Positions 10,181 through 20,191 of a DNA stretch of 64,000 bases are shown here, piece after piece. The notes beneath the pieces are model-generated. The model did not search any database. It was not told where the DNA came from and saw only the letters and a program-made list of their open reading frames with translations. The stretch lies in contig CAZNJU010000001.1 in NCBI GenBank assembly GCA_964573625.1, forward strand, positions 589,879 through 653,878. The letters are read 5' to 3'. The stretch comes from Candidatus Woesearchaeota archaeon. GTDB taxonomy: Archaea; Nanobdellota; Nanobdellia; Pacearchaeales; GW2011-AR1. The first letter of the stretch is position 1. Each line of letters opens with the position of its first letter. The translations under genes were made by a program, and so were the position numbers.

Positions 10181-10750
10181 CTACGTTTGAGGGTTTATCC
10201 ATCCGTCAAAACCATCAAAAAATTCATCATCGCCTCCCATTTCATCATAGGCTCTCTCATCATTTTCCTGGATAGCTTTTCTTTTATTTTCAGATTCCAT
10301 ATACGTAAGATGATACTCTTCTTGATCAATATGTCCGTTTAGAATTCCATACGTTATCTCATTTCTCCTAGTGAGACCTCTATGTCCGTCGCGTGTCTCT
10401 TTAAGCAAGTATTCTGCTCTATCTCTAATGCTTCGAGGTAACTCTCTTTGTTCTCTCTCCAATTCACGTTTTTTCTTATGCTGAGAGCGACTGTAGATAA
10501 CGGGAACAAAGGACAATCCCCAACCAACAAATCCATTTTCAGTAAATCGAAAATAAGGAGACTCCGTCAAATCCATACCTGCTGCAAAAGAAAGCGAGAG
10601 GAGACCTGCAAGAGAGGAAGCATAAGCTCTGCGTTTAGCCCACGGGTATTTTTTGCGAGCTTTTTTCAACTGAGCATCTAAGTCCTGTAAAGAACTCATA
10701 CTAAAACAGCTCTTTTCATGATTAAAAACATTTCTATCATGATAATCCAT
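10181..10750 (-). CDS. Hypothetical membrane protein
   Basis: ORF with two hydrophobic segments; start uncertain. Confidence 0.55.
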   Translation of the reverse strand: MDYHDRNVFNHEKSCFSMSSLQDLDAQLKKARKKYPWAKRRAYASSLAGLLSLSFAAGMDLTESPYFRFTENGFVGWGLSFVPVIYSRSQHKKKRELEREQRELPRSIRDRAEYLLKETRDGHRGLTRRNEITYGILNGHIDQEEYHLTYMESENKRKAIQENDERAYDEMGGDDEFFDGFDGWINPQT

Positions 10751-10776
10751 AAAAACTACTCTTTCTTCAAAAGTTC

Positions 10777-11331
10777 ATGAAAGAAATGAAACAACACGGT
10801 CTCGGATTCGTACAAGTATTCTGGGGCGATGGCAAAGGTAAAACAACAAGCGCATTAGGGACGGCATTACGCGCATGCGGCAATGGATATCGTGTACATC
10901 TTATTCAATTCATGAAAAATGGCGCAGATACGTTAGAAGAGCAAATACCTGGTGAAATCAAAGCGCTCGTACATTTTCCACAATTCACGTACAAACGATT
11001 CGGTACAGGAGGATGGGTCGTTAAGAAACCAACAGACGCGCAGATAGCTGCGTGCAAAGACGCCTTAGCATACGTCAAGTCATGTTTCAAAAAAGATTAT
11101 GATATTATCATCGCAGATGAAATATTATATGCAATTCAGCTCGGTCTACTAACTGAAGATGATATTCTTAATTTAATCGATAGCAAACCTGCAGATAAAG
11201 AGCTTATTCTCACCGGCTCTCACAAGCCCTACGAACGCATTTTCCAACGTGCAGATCTCGTTACTGAAATCAAGAAAATTAAACATCCATATGACTCGGG
11301 ATTTATAGCCCGAAAAGGCTTAGAATACTGA
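10777..11331 (+). CDS. btuR: Cob(I)alamin adenosyltransferase, CobA/BtuR type
   Basis: GDGKGKTTSALG P-loop, IQFMK, DEI, ELILTG, ADLVTEI..IKHPY..G..ARKGLEY. Confidence 0.9.
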   Translation: MKEMKQHGLGFVQVFWGDGKGKTTSALGTALRACGNGYRVHLIQFMKNGADTLEEQIPGEIKALVHFPQFTYKRFGTGGWVVKKPTDAQIAACKDALAYVKSCFKKDYDIIIADEILYAIQLGLLTEDDILNLIDSKPADKELILTGSHKPYERIFQRADLVTEIKKIKHPYDSGFIARKGLEY

Positions 11332-11332
11332 G

Positions 11333-11403
11333 TGGACCCACCGAGAATCGAACTCAAGCCTCTCGACTGCCAGCCGAGCGTACTACCACTGTACTATGGG
11401 CCC
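11333..11403 (-). tRNA. tRNA-Ala(GGC)
   Basis: Full cloverleaf: GGGCCCA...CTCGG-CTGGCAG-TCGAG...TGGGTCC A; G3:U70 present. Confidence 0.95.
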
Positions 11404-11441
11404 TAACAATTCTGAGAAATCAAGGTATTAAAAGATGACTA

Positions 11442-11750
11442 TCAGTGCGCACGATCAGCGGCGACGTACTCAAAAAGAAGTTCGTCATGATCTTGTAAAC
11501 GTTCTACACTTCGCCCACGGAGGCTATGATAGGCTCGTTTAGCCTCTTGAAAACCTTTATTCACAATCATTGTTGCACAGATGGTCGGTACATAAACGCA
11601 AGATAGAGCAATCGCTACACCCGTACTGATGACTTTCACAAGACCTGAAGTTTCAGGATATTGCCCAATTACATCTGCCTCAGTGATTTCTTCAGCGGCG
11701 AATGGACGATATGATCCAGGTTCTATCATAAAAACACGTGTTTTAGACAA
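11442..11750 (-). CDS. Small hypothetical membrane protein, paralog of 7996-8247
   Basis: Shared motif; lies next to the 5' end of tRNA-Ala. Confidence 0.65.
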   Translation of the reverse strand: MSKTRVFMIEPGSYRPFAAEEITEADVIGQYPETSGLVKVISTGVAIALSCVYVPTICATMIVNKGFQEAKRAYHSLRGRSVERLQDHDELLFEYVAADRAH

Positions 11751-11808
11751 ATTTAAACGTATCGTTTTTCACCGAAATCTTTAAAAGTTTATTCCTTTCC
11801 AGAAAGGT

Positions 11809-12081
11809 ATGACTATAAAACCAATCGGTGACCGCGTATTACTCAAAACAATTGAACGAGAAGAACGCACAAAATCAGGAATTTATCTGCCTAAAGACGC
11901 AGAAAAAGAAAAGAAAGAAGGAATCGTGGAAGACGTCGGCACAGATAAAGACGGACGCGCGTTACCTCTGAAAAAAGGAGATCGCGTCATGTATGGAGGA
12001 TATAGCTCTGAAGAGTTCGAATTTGAAGGGAAAACCTATTTAATCATTGACTTTAAGGATATCTTAGCGAGGTTAGAATAA
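11809..12081 (+). CDS. groES: Co-chaperonin GroES
   Basis: IKPIGDRVLLK, TKSGIYLP, GDRVMYGGY motifs. Confidence 0.93.
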   Translation: MTIKPIGDRVLLKTIEREERTKSGIYLPKDAEKEKKEGIVEDVGTDKDGRALPLKKGDRVMYGGYSSEEFEFEGKTYLIIDFKDILARLE

Positions 12082-12426
12082 ATGGTTCAAGCAAACACAG
12101 GATTAGAAAAAAATGTAACAGCTCGTGTCTGGGGAATACCTGTAGAACTTATTCCAGAACAGACAGAAATATCCCGATACGGATTCGGAGGTCAACGCCT
12201 AAAGTATATCGGTGACGAGTTTGCCGACGGAGGAAGCAGACGTTCAATATTTCTCTCTCACGATCAAGACGGAAGTCAACCATATATTTCACGAGTAGTT
12301 ATTCCACACCAAAACGATGCTCACGGAACGTCACTCGCGATGACTGCGGCCGTAGAGACAAGAACTCTTCAAAGTATGCCTGGATACGAACAGCTGTTCA
12401 ACATATTATTCAAAAACAAAAGATGA
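12082..12426 (+). CDS. Hypothetical protein between groES and groEL
   Basis: 114-aa ORF abutting the groES stop and overlapping the groEL start. Confidence 0.65.
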   Translation: MVQANTGLEKNVTARVWGIPVELIPEQTEISRYGFGGQRLKYIGDEFADGGSRRSIFLSHDQDGSQPYISRVVIPHQNDAHGTSLAMTAAVETRTLQSMPGYEQLFNILFKNKR

Positions 12427-14030
12427 CAAAACAAATAATTTTTAGCGAAGAAGCACGACGCGCATTACAACGCGGTATTGACAAAGTTGCAAACATTGTC
12501 AAAGTTACACTCGGTCCACGTGGACGTACCGTTATCCTTGATAAAGCTACAACTCCACTTGTTTCTAATGATGGGGTTACAATAGCGAAAGAAATCGAGT
12601 TGAAAGACAAGTTTGAAAATATTGGTGCTAAACTTGTCAAGGAAGTAGCTTCACAAACACAGGATAAAGCAGGCGACGGAACAACAACTGCCACGGTTCT
12701 CGCACAATCAATGATTACTGAAGGTCTAAAAAACATTGCAGCAGGTTCTAATCCTGTCGAAATAAAACGAGGGATAGAAATTGCAACCGAAAAAGTAGTC
12801 CAGTACATAAAGTCACAATCAACGGAAGTTAAGGACAAGCAGAAGATAGCACAGGTTGCAACTATCTCTGCAAATAATGATGAGAAAATAGGCTTCCTTA
12901 TTGCTGAAGCAATGCACAAGGTAGGCAATCACGGCGTTATCACCGTAGAAGAAGCTCAGAGCATAGATACAACTCTTGATGTCGTAGAAGGCATGCAATT
13001 TGATCGAGGCTATCTGAGCCCGTACTTTGTCACGGACCATGAAAAAATGGAAAGCTCGTACGAAAATCCTTACCTTCTTATTACCGATCAGAAAATATCC
13101 AAAGTTAAAGAAATTCTTCCTATTTTAGAGATGTGTGCACAGGAAAGCAGACCCCTCGTAATTATAGCCGACGAACTAGAGGGCGAAGCACTCACAGCGT
13201 TGGTTATCAACTCAATTCGCGGCGCGTTGAAAGTATGCGCGGTAAAGGCCCCAGGATTCGGAGACGAACGTAAAGACATTCTGGACGATATCTCTATACT
13301 TACAGGAGCAACAGTAGTTGCATCAGATCGCGGAGACAAATTAGAAGAAATGGATATCACTTCACTAGGTAGCGCAAAAAAGATTAAAGTAACTAAAGAT
13401 GCAACAACTATTATTGAAGGAAAAGGTTCAAAAGACAATATCGATAAACGCGTTCAGAGCATACAATCTCAGATAAAATCAGCTGACGCAGAGTATAAAC
13501 GAGATGAATTACAAAAACGCCTTGCAAAGTTAAGCGGCGGAGTTGCAGTCATAAATGTTGGTGCTGCTACAGAAACCGAGCTCAAAGAGAAAAAATTGAG
13601 AATTGATGATGCCTTACATGCAACGAAAGCGGCAGTGGAAGAAGGCGTCGTTATTGGTGGCGGTCTCACACTGTTCCATTCAATAAAAGTTCTAGACAAT
13701 CTCAATCTATCACTAGGTGAGACTATCGGAATATCAATCGTACGTCGCGCTCTCGAAGAACCGCTCCGTCAAATTGCGTTCAATGCAGGTAAGGAAGGTT
13801 CAGAGGTTGTTGCAACTATCAAATCTCAAAAAGACCCTGCGTACGGATTTAACGCAAAGTCAAGCACGTATGAAGATCTCTTTAAAGCCGGAGTTATTGA
13901 TCCTACGAAAGTAGTTCGCACTGCCCTCCAAAACGCCGCAAGCATAACAGGGATGGTTGTCACAACCGAAGGCCTAATAGCAGATTTCGATGATGAGAAG
14001 GACGAAAAATCAGATCAGATCATCATCTAA
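12423..14030 (+). CDS. groEL: Group I chaperonin GroEL
   Basis: [43 protein letters not shown] motifs; no GGM tail. Confidence 0.97.
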   Translation: MTKQIIFSEEARRALQRGIDKVANIVKVTLGPRGRTVILDKATTPLVSNDGVTIAKEIELKDKFENIGAKLVKEVASQTQDKAGDGTTTATVLAQSMITEGLKNIAAGSNPVEIKRGIEIATEKVVQYIKSQSTEVKDKQKIAQVATISANNDEKIGFLIAEAMHKVGNHGVITVEEAQSIDTTLDVVEGMQFDRGYLSPYFVTDHEKMESSYENPYLLITDQKISKVKEILPILEMCAQESRPLVIIADELEGEALTALVINSIRGALKVCAVKAPGFGDERKDILDDISILTGATVVASDRGDKLEEMDITSLGSAKKIKVTKDATTIIEGKGSKDNIDKRVQSIQSQIKSADAEYKRDELQKRLAKLSGGVAVINVGAATETELKEKKLRIDDALHATKAAVEEGVVIGGGLTLFHSIKVLDNLNLSLGETIGISIVRRALEEPLRQIAFNAGKEGSEVVATIKSQKDPAYGFNAKSSTYEDLFKAGVIDPTKVVRTALQNAASITGMVVTTEGLIADFDDEKDEKSDQIII

Positions 14031-14063
14031 TTAGCTTTATAAAATACAACGCGTTATAGTTCT

Positions 14064-14822
14064 ATGAGTAAAGAGGTTTCAATGCGTAAGCTCCTTACAA
14101 AAGGACGTTGCTTATTTCTCGCATATGACCAAGGACTTGAACATGGACCGACAGACTTCAACGACAAGAACGTTGATCCTGCATATATTATTGATATAGG
14201 AAAGAAATCACGTGTAAATGCACTTGTCTTTCAAAAAGGGATTGCGGAAAAATATCAAAAGGAAATAAAGTCCTCCAAAATTCCTCTTATTCTCAAATTA
14301 AATGGAAAGACGAGTCTTGCTTCAGGAGAGCCTTTCTCGACACAGCTCTGCACAGTAAAAGAAGCCTTGGCGTTAGGAGCTAGCGCAGTAGGATATACAA
14401 TTTACATAGGAAGCGAGCATGAAGCGCAAATGCTGGAGCAGTTCGAGCAGATAGCACGAGAAGCGCATGCAAAAGGCATTCCGGTAATTGCATGGGTTTA
14501 CCCTCGAGGAAAATCGCTTGAAGGTAAGTCAGATAGAGATTTGTTAGCGTATGCAGCCCGAGTAGGTCTCGAGATAGGTGCAGACATGGTTAAAATTCAC
14601 TGGCACGGTAAAAAAGAAGATTTGCAATGGGCAGTTAAAGCAGCAGGCAAATGCAAGATAGTTATTGCAGGCGGTCTCAAGGCGAACGAGAAAGAATTTT
14701 TAACGCAGGTTAAAGAAGCACTTTCGATAGGTGTAACCGGCCTAGCAATAGGTCGCAATATATGGCAACATCCTAAGCCAGTAGAAATAACTAAAAAGCT
14801 TCAGAGAGTCATTTGGGGATGA
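14064..14822 (+). CDS. Class I fructose-bisphosphate aldolase (DhnA/archaeal type)
   Basis: LAYDQGLEHGP, WVYPRG, ADMVK Schiff-base Lys, IAGG, GRNIWQ. Confidence 0.9.
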   Translation: MSKEVSMRKLLTKGRCLFLAYDQGLEHGPTDFNDKNVDPAYIIDIGKKSRVNALVFQKGIAEKYQKEIKSSKIPLILKLNGKTSLASGEPFSTQLCTVKEALALGASAVGYTIYIGSEHEAQMLEQFEQIAREAHAKGIPVIAWVYPRGKSLEGKSDRDLLAYAARVGLEIGADMVKIHWHGKKEDLQWAVKAAGKCKIVIAGGLKANEKEFLTQVKEALSIGVTGLAIGRNIWQHPKPVEITKKLQRVIWG

Positions 14823-15394
14823 AATTTGAAAGTAAACACATCGCAATCCTTATAATCGCTCTTGCAGTCATTGCAGTAGTTATATTCACTATGAAATCAT
14901 CACCCTCCGTATCAAATCCAACAAAAACTATCTTTGGACCTACAAAAGTTATGCTCGAAACAACGAGAGGAAACATAACTATTGAACTCTATGAAGATAT
15001 GCCTATTACTGCAGGCAACTTCAAAAAACTTGTCGAAAAAGGATTTTACAATGACACTATTTTTCATAGAGTTATACCTGGTTTCATGATTCAGGGCGGA
15101 GACCCAACAGGCACAGGAATGGGTGGACCTGGTTACGTCATAAAGGATGAGTTTACTTCTAACAACCGCAACGATCGCGGTACGATCGCAATGGCAAATG
15201 CCGGTCCAAACACAGGTGGAAGCCAGTTCTTCATAAATGTCGCAAGCAATAATTTCCTAGATACAAAACATCCTGCATTCGGAAGAGTTATTGACGGAAT
15301 GAAAGTCGTTGATGATATTTCAAGCGTCAGCAGAAACTCTCAAGACAAACCAATACGAGATGTTAAAATAATAAAAGCATACGTTATAAATTAA
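14819..15394 (+). CDS. Cyclophilin-type peptidyl-prolyl isomerase with an N-terminal anchor
   Basis: FHRVIPGFMIQGGDPTGTG, MANAGPNTGGSQFFIN. Confidence 0.95.
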   Translation: MKFESKHIAILIIALAVIAVVIFTMKSSPSVSNPTKTIFGPTKVMLETTRGNITIELYEDMPITAGNFKKLVEKGFYNDTIFHRVIPGFMIQGGDPTGTGMGGPGYVIKDEFTSNNRNDRGTIAMANAGPNTGGSQFFINVASNNFLDTKHPAFGRVIDGMKVVDDISSVSRNSQDKPIRDVKIIKAYVIN

Positions 15395-15442
15395 TTCTAT
15401 CAGTTAAAGATATATAAACCGCTATCACGTTTATAAAAAGAG

Positions 15443-16084
15443 ATGATAATCATCAACACTAAGAATTACAAAAGGGGTGCTGAGTTACTTAAATTGGCAC
15501 AGCTCGTACAACAGCACGATTTAAAGATGATCATGGCTGTTCCTGCTTCAGATGTCAGGTATATCGCAGGCAAGAGCGCACTTACGGTATTTGCACAACA
15601 CGTTGACTACGTTGCAGATGATAAAAGCACAGGCCATGTAAGTGCACAATCAATCCGTGATGCAGGAGCATTTGGGACACTACTTAATCACTCTGAACGT
15701 CCGATTTCATACGACATCCTACAGAAAACAATTGAGCAATGCACTCGTGCTAAACTTACAACGGTTGTTTGCGCAGATTCACTTCAATCTGTCAAGAAAA
15801 TTCTCCCGTTAAAGCCTTCCGCAATAGCTTTCGAAGATCCTGCACTTATTAGCACAGGAAAATCAATCACTTCCTCAAAAGCACATGATATTCAGAAATT
15901 CGTCGCTCTTCTCAAAGGCAAACCAATACTTCCTATTTGTGGCGCAGGTATATCTACCGAAGGGGACGTTCAAGCAGCGTACAAGTTAGGTTGCAAGGGA
16001 GTTTTAATTGCATCAGCTATCGCCGCAAAACCGCTCTCACAAACAGAATCACTTCTAGAAACACTCGCTTCTCTTCAGCGTTAA
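15443..16084 (+). CDS. tpiA: Triosephosphate isomerase, short archaeal type
   Basis: INTKNY, GTLLNHSER, AFEDPALISTG, ICGAGI, GVLIASA. Confidence 0.9.
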   Translation: MIIINTKNYKRGAELLKLAQLVQQHDLKMIMAVPASDVRYIAGKSALTVFAQHVDYVADDKSTGHVSAQSIRDAGAFGTLLNHSERPISYDILQKTIEQCTRAKLTTVVCADSLQSVKKILPLKPSAIAFEDPALISTGKSITSSKAHDIQKFVALLKGKPILPICGAGISTEGDVQAAYKLGCKGVLIASAIAAKPLSQTESLLETLASLQR

Positions 16085-16494
16085 GGAGATACACTCACGC
16101 GAGGGTAATCGTAATGACTGTTTACAATATTTGCAAGACGTGAGAGTCTTTCTTTTGAAAGAGTAATAGCAAACAGGTCAATATAACTAATAACCCTGTC
16201 TCCATCAACATCCGCAGTCTCAAGTAACTCACCCATCTTACACGGCTTTGCTAGTCTCTCCATATCTCTGTCTTCAATTCGCGACTTAATCATGCCGTAT
16301 ATCGAGGGTTGTACACGATATATTTTCTTCTCTTCGTCTTTCAAAGTTACAAAGGCATATTCTTTATTCTCTGAAATAGTAAACGAAGGCGCATCAAGCA
16401 CGAGATGTCGATTTTGGGAGAGAGAAGGGTTATAGCAAGAAGAGGAAGCAATTATAGAACCAACAAGGCCTAAACCAAGAAGCCGTTTCATCAA
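16081..16494 (-). CDS. Hypothetical lipoprotein-like protein
   Basis: Signal-like N-terminus followed by Cys; DVDGDRVIS loop. Confidence 0.6.
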   Translation of the reverse strand: MMKRLLGLGLVGSIIASSSCYNPSLSQNRHLVLDAPSFTISENKEYAFVTLKDEEKKIYRVQPSIYGMIKSRIEDRDMERLAKPCKMGELLETADVDGDRVISYIDLFAITLSKERLSRLANIVNSHYDYPRVSVSP

Positions 16495-16567
16495 TTAGCT
16501 AATTAGTTTTTCTATATAAGCATTGTGTTTCCACAACCCTTATAATATGCAATTACTGTCACGTATC

Positions 16568-17956
16568 ATGGCTCCTATGATTATGCTCTTAGGTGCGACA
16601 GGTGATCTTGCAAAGAAAAAATTGATTCCTGCACTCGCACTATTGTTCAAGAAAAAGAAACTTGTTAATGTGCCCATTGTTTGCATAGGGAGACGTGAGT
16701 TAACAAAAGATCAATATCTCGATTTGATAGAGTTTACGAAATTACAAAGTCTTTCGTATGAAGATGTACGTCGTTTCAAAGACAGTATTTATTATGTCCG
16801 CCTCGACCTTGAAAAAACTAGCCATGATGCGTTTGCACATGATATTTCATATATAGATCAGCAATATCAATGCAAAGGAGACAAAATCATGTACTTTGCT
16901 TTGAGCGCAGATCTCTTCAGTCCAACAATCAAAACGCTTGAGCAGGCAAAGGTTTTCTCAGGAGAGGGTTTCAAGCGAATCGCGTTTGAAAAACCATTTG
17001 GATTTGATCTTGCTTCAGCAGAATCTCTCAACAAAACTCTAACACGTGTTTTCACAGAAGATCAGATTTATCGCGTTGACCATTATCTAGGCAAAGAGCT
17101 TGTTGACAATATTCTTACAATCCGCTCAAATTATCTTTTCAATACTCTCTGGAGCGCCAAACACATTGACAATGTCCAAATTGTTATCTCGGAAGACATG
17201 GGAATTGAAGGACGAGGAGAGTATTACGATAAGTCAGGAGCAATCAGAGACGTTATTCAAAACCATGCGTTGCAGATGCTCTCTCTTATTTCGATGGAAC
17301 TCCCCAAAAAAACTGACGCATATTCAATTCAGAAAGCAAAGTGCGATGTACTAAAAAAAGTTACCTCTGTACGAGCTCAGGACATTATACTCGGACAGTA
17401 TAAAGATTATGCAAGCGACTCTCACGTTTCTAACTCGCAAACCGAGACGTTTGCCGCATTTAAAACAGGCATAAACACTCCAAGATGGAAAAATGTTCCA
17501 TTCTATATTAAATCAGGAAAATATCTTGATAAAAGATATACTGAAATAAATCTCGTACTCAAGAACCATAACTCGCGCGGTAACAACGTGATAAGTATAC
17601 GTATTAATCCACAGGAAGGAGTTGCAGTCCAGTTCGATATGAAGTCAGCAGCGAATAATCAATTAAAACCAGTAGCCATGGAGTTCTGTCACAGATGCGA
17701 GTTCGGAGTCAATACTCCGGAGGCGTACGAGCGTCTCTTCTCTGAAATGATAGACGGCAATCATATGCTCTTCCCAAGTTGGCAAGAAATAAGGCAAAGC
17801 TGGATAATCACTGATGCACTTAAGAAGGTTATCACACAGACAAGAGTTCCATTACATGATTATGCAAAAAATACGAATGGTCCGCGTGAATCACACGATC
17901 TTCTAAAGAAAGATAAAAGAGAGTGGATATACTTTGAGAGGAAACTGACAACATGA
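16568..17956 (+). CDS. zwf: Glucose-6-phosphate dehydrogenase
   Basis: GATGDLAKKK, FEKPFG, RVDHYLGKE, RDVIQNH, PEAYERL. Start refined from the TATA position. Confidence 0.95.
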   Translation: MAPMIMLLGATGDLAKKKLIPALALLFKKKKLVNVPIVCIGRRELTKDQYLDLIEFTKLQSLSYEDVRRFKDSIYYVRLDLEKTSHDAFAHDISYIDQQYQCKGDKIMYFALSADLFSPTIKTLEQAKVFSGEGFKRIAFEKPFGFDLASAESLNKTLTRVFTEDQIYRVDHYLGKELVDNILTIRSNYLFNTLWSAKHIDNVQIVISEDMGIEGRGEYYDKSGAIRDVIQNHALQMLSLISMELPKKTDAYSIQKAKCDVLKKVTSVRAQDIILGQYKDYASDSHVSNSQTETFAAFKTGINTPRWKNVPFYIKSGKYLDKRYTEINLVLKNHNSRGNNVISIRINPQEGVAVQFDMKSAANNQLKPVAMEFCHRCEFGVNTPEAYERLFSEMIDGNHMLFPSWQEIRQSWIITDALKKVITQTRVPLHDYAKNTNGPRESHDLLKKDKREWIYFERKLTT

Positions 17957-18516
17957 AACCAATTTTTATCATAGAACATCTCGAGCCGCGTGTCTGGAGA
18001 TGGTGTGAAATAGAATACGAAAGCATATCTAAAATAGTTGATCACGTATGGTTCACTAATCTTGCACGTGGTAGCAAACCTCTTGAAAAATATGGGAAAG
18101 TCATTAAGCGCTCAGTCCGTGAACTCGATTTGAAAAGAGTGTGCGTGCTTGATCCAGAAGCTACACAGACGCTAACGTCTGAAGACAAAAATAAATTTGA
18201 TTATTTTGTATTTGGAGGCATTTTAGGAGATTATCCTCCAAAGAAAAGAACAAAAAAAGAACTCACAAAATTTCTTCCCAATGCGTCTGTGAGAAATATT
18301 GGAAAGAAACAGTTTAGCACAGATAACGCAGTCTATGTGACGCATGAAATTCTTAATGGCAAAAAACTTGAGGATATTCCATTTCAGAACAAGATAACTA
18401 TCCAACTAAATAAAATAGAATCCATTGATCTCCCCTATTATTATCCAATAGTCGACGGAAAACCTCGGATGAGTCCCAAGCTTCTCACTTATTTAAAAAA
18501 GAAGAAAGGTTTCTAA
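17953..18516 (+). CDS. SPOUT-class SAM-dependent methyltransferase (Sfm1/COG2428-like)
   Basis: IIEHLEP..W..IEY, VLDPEA, FVFGGILGDYPP, QFSTDNAV. Confidence 0.85.
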   Translation: MKPIFIIEHLEPRVWRWCEIEYESISKIVDHVWFTNLARGSKPLEKYGKVIKRSVRELDLKRVCVLDPEATQTLTSEDKNKFDYFVFGGILGDYPPKKRTKKELTKFLPNASVRNIGKKQFSTDNAVYVTHEILNGKKLEDIPFQNKITIQLNKIESIDLPYYYPIVDGKPRMSPKLLTYLKKKKGF

Positions 18517-18755
18517 TATCGTATCTCAAGTCTCTTTATTTTAGCTTCCATTACAAGTGACGCAGGACATTTTGTCTTTGAGAAAGCACAAATAGCGCAG
18601 CATTGCGCCAGGGGTGTCACAATACGTTGTTCACACTTAGGACAATTGAAGAACGGCAAGCTAGCCTCGTACGCTATTTCTAATCTGGATTTTTCATTGC
18701 ATAACGGACAGAGCAACGTAACTCTTTTAGGAATTCGCATCACTTTTTTTCGCAT
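18513..18755 (-). CDS. Cys-rich zinc-finger protein (GDCCVxC-like)
   Basis: CPLC, CPKC, CCAIC, KCP. Confidence 0.7.
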   Translation of the reverse strand: MRKKVMRIPKRVTLLCPLCNEKSRLEIAYEASLPFFNCPKCEQRIVTPLAQCCAICAFSKTKCPASLVMEAKIKRLEIRY

Positions 18756-18806
18756 AATTCAAATAAAAAGATGAGATTTTTATATCTGTGCTTTTTTACT
18801 CGCTCA

Positions 18807-18880
18807 GGGGACATGGTCCAACTTGGTTAGGATTTGCGCATGGGGTGTGCACGGTCCGGGTTCAAATCCCGGTGTTCCCA
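18807..18880 (+). tRNA. tRNA-Pro(GGG)
   Basis: GGGGACA...TGCGC-ATGGGGT-GTGCA...CCGGG-TTCAAAT-CCCGG-TGTTCCC A. Confidence 0.92.
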
Positions 18881-18932
18881 TTAACAGAGAAACCTGATTT
18901 TTCATTCTTTTAAAAATATTAGATTATTCAGA

Positions 18933-19412
18933 TTACTTACTTTTATTTTTTGGAAAGTATAGATCGAAAGATTTACTCATTAAGTAGAAAATAGCTAATA
19001 TACCTGTTACCAAAGGAGCAATTAGTAATAAACCTCCAAGAATCAAATGCCTCGTAAAAAATATTGGAAAGATATTAATTATATTTGCTAAGAGTGCTAA
19101 ACCTGTGGCAATTAATAAAGAAATAAAGGTTACAGTCATTCCTAAGTCATAGGAAAAAGCTTCAAACTTTTTTAGTTTCAAAGAATTTTCCAAAGAACGA
19201 TCATAACCTGCGCGAAACGCAACAATTATAGTATATATGAAGAAAATAAAAAGAGCCGTGGGAAAAAGAGTTTGTGATAAAACAAATAGAACTCCTTCTA
19301 CAGTAAAAACTTCGTATTTAGTCCCCTTAGGAATATATTGTAAAATTCCAAACAACATAGCTAGTAAAACAGCAATTATCGTAAGACGCAAAGTTGTTTT
19401 GTTTTCGCCCAT
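18933..19412 (-). CDS. AT-rich multi-TM hypothetical protein
   Basis: Four hydrophobic segments; lies downstream of tRNA-Pro. Confidence 0.65.
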   Translation of the reverse strand: MGENKTTLRLTIIAVLLAMLFGILQYIPKGTKYEVFTVEGVLFVLSQTLFPTALFIFFIYTIIVAFRAGYDRSLENSLKLKKFEAFSYDLGMTVTFISLLIATGLALLANIINIFPIFFTRHLILGGLLLIAPLVTGILAIFYLMSKSFDLYFPKNKSK

Positions 19413-19516
19413 ATTTATTCTTTTTTAGTCAGTTTAAAAATTTTTATATACTTTAAAAAATAGGAATTCAGTTATATTTCAAACACGTTTAAATAGAATA
19501 CTCTCCATAATTATAG

Positions 19517-20113
19517 ATGGTGAAACAAAAGACATTTTTCAAATTCTTTGGCGCATTGTTCATAGTAACAGGAGCCGTAGCCATAACCTACAGCATTACA
19601 ACGGGAATGACTACGCAGGTAATCTGGTACTGCTATGCCGCACTCATAATCAATGGAATCGCGTTACTCAGAAGAGATGGAACACTCATAGGAAGTCAAC
19701 TCATGGTGCTAACCGTGCCGTATATTGCATGGAACGTTGATTTCTTCTATCAGCTCATTACAGACACACCCTTATGGGGAATTACAAGTTACTTCTTCAT
19801 ACCAGGTTTATGGCTTCCTAAATTAACTACCTTGCAACACATAATTACTATTCCAATACTGCTTTACGCACTATCGCACACAAAAATGCGCAACAAAGAT
19901 GCATGGAAACTAGGAAGCATGACTATTGTAATAGTCTTTATCCTCTCGCGAGCATTCACACAACGCATTGACAATGTAAACTGCGTATATCATTCGTGCA
20001 TCACATTCATCACGTTGACAGTATGGTATCCTCTTTTCTGGTTTATTGCAATGTTAGCAATGATGGGGGCAACCTATTACTTCCTTATACGTTTCGAATT
20101 GACTGAAACGTAA
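19517..20113 (+). CDS. Integral membrane protein
   Basis: Several TM helices, VFWYC-like and NVNCVY motifs, TATA box. Confidence 0.75.
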   Translation: MVKQKTFFKFFGALFIVTGAVAITYSITTGMTTQVIWYCYAALIINGIALLRRDGTLIGSQLMVLTVPYIAWNVDFFYQLITDTPLWGITSYFFIPGLWLPKLTTLQHIITIPILLYALSHTKMRNKDAWKLGSMTIVIVFILSRAFTQRIDNVNCVYHSCITFITLTVWYPLFWFIAMLAMMGATYYFLIRFELTET

Positions 20114-20191
20114 GCTTTTTAAAATGAGAATTTCTTATAAAGAGGTAATAGAGAAATAGAAGTCGTATAATACGCTTTTTTCATTATCATC

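Noticed and set aside
12410-13705. Antisense ORFs over groEL (12410-12928, 12819-13040, 13088-13438, 13469-13705)
   Set aside because: They are shadows of a strongly conserved gene, with no motifs or promoters.
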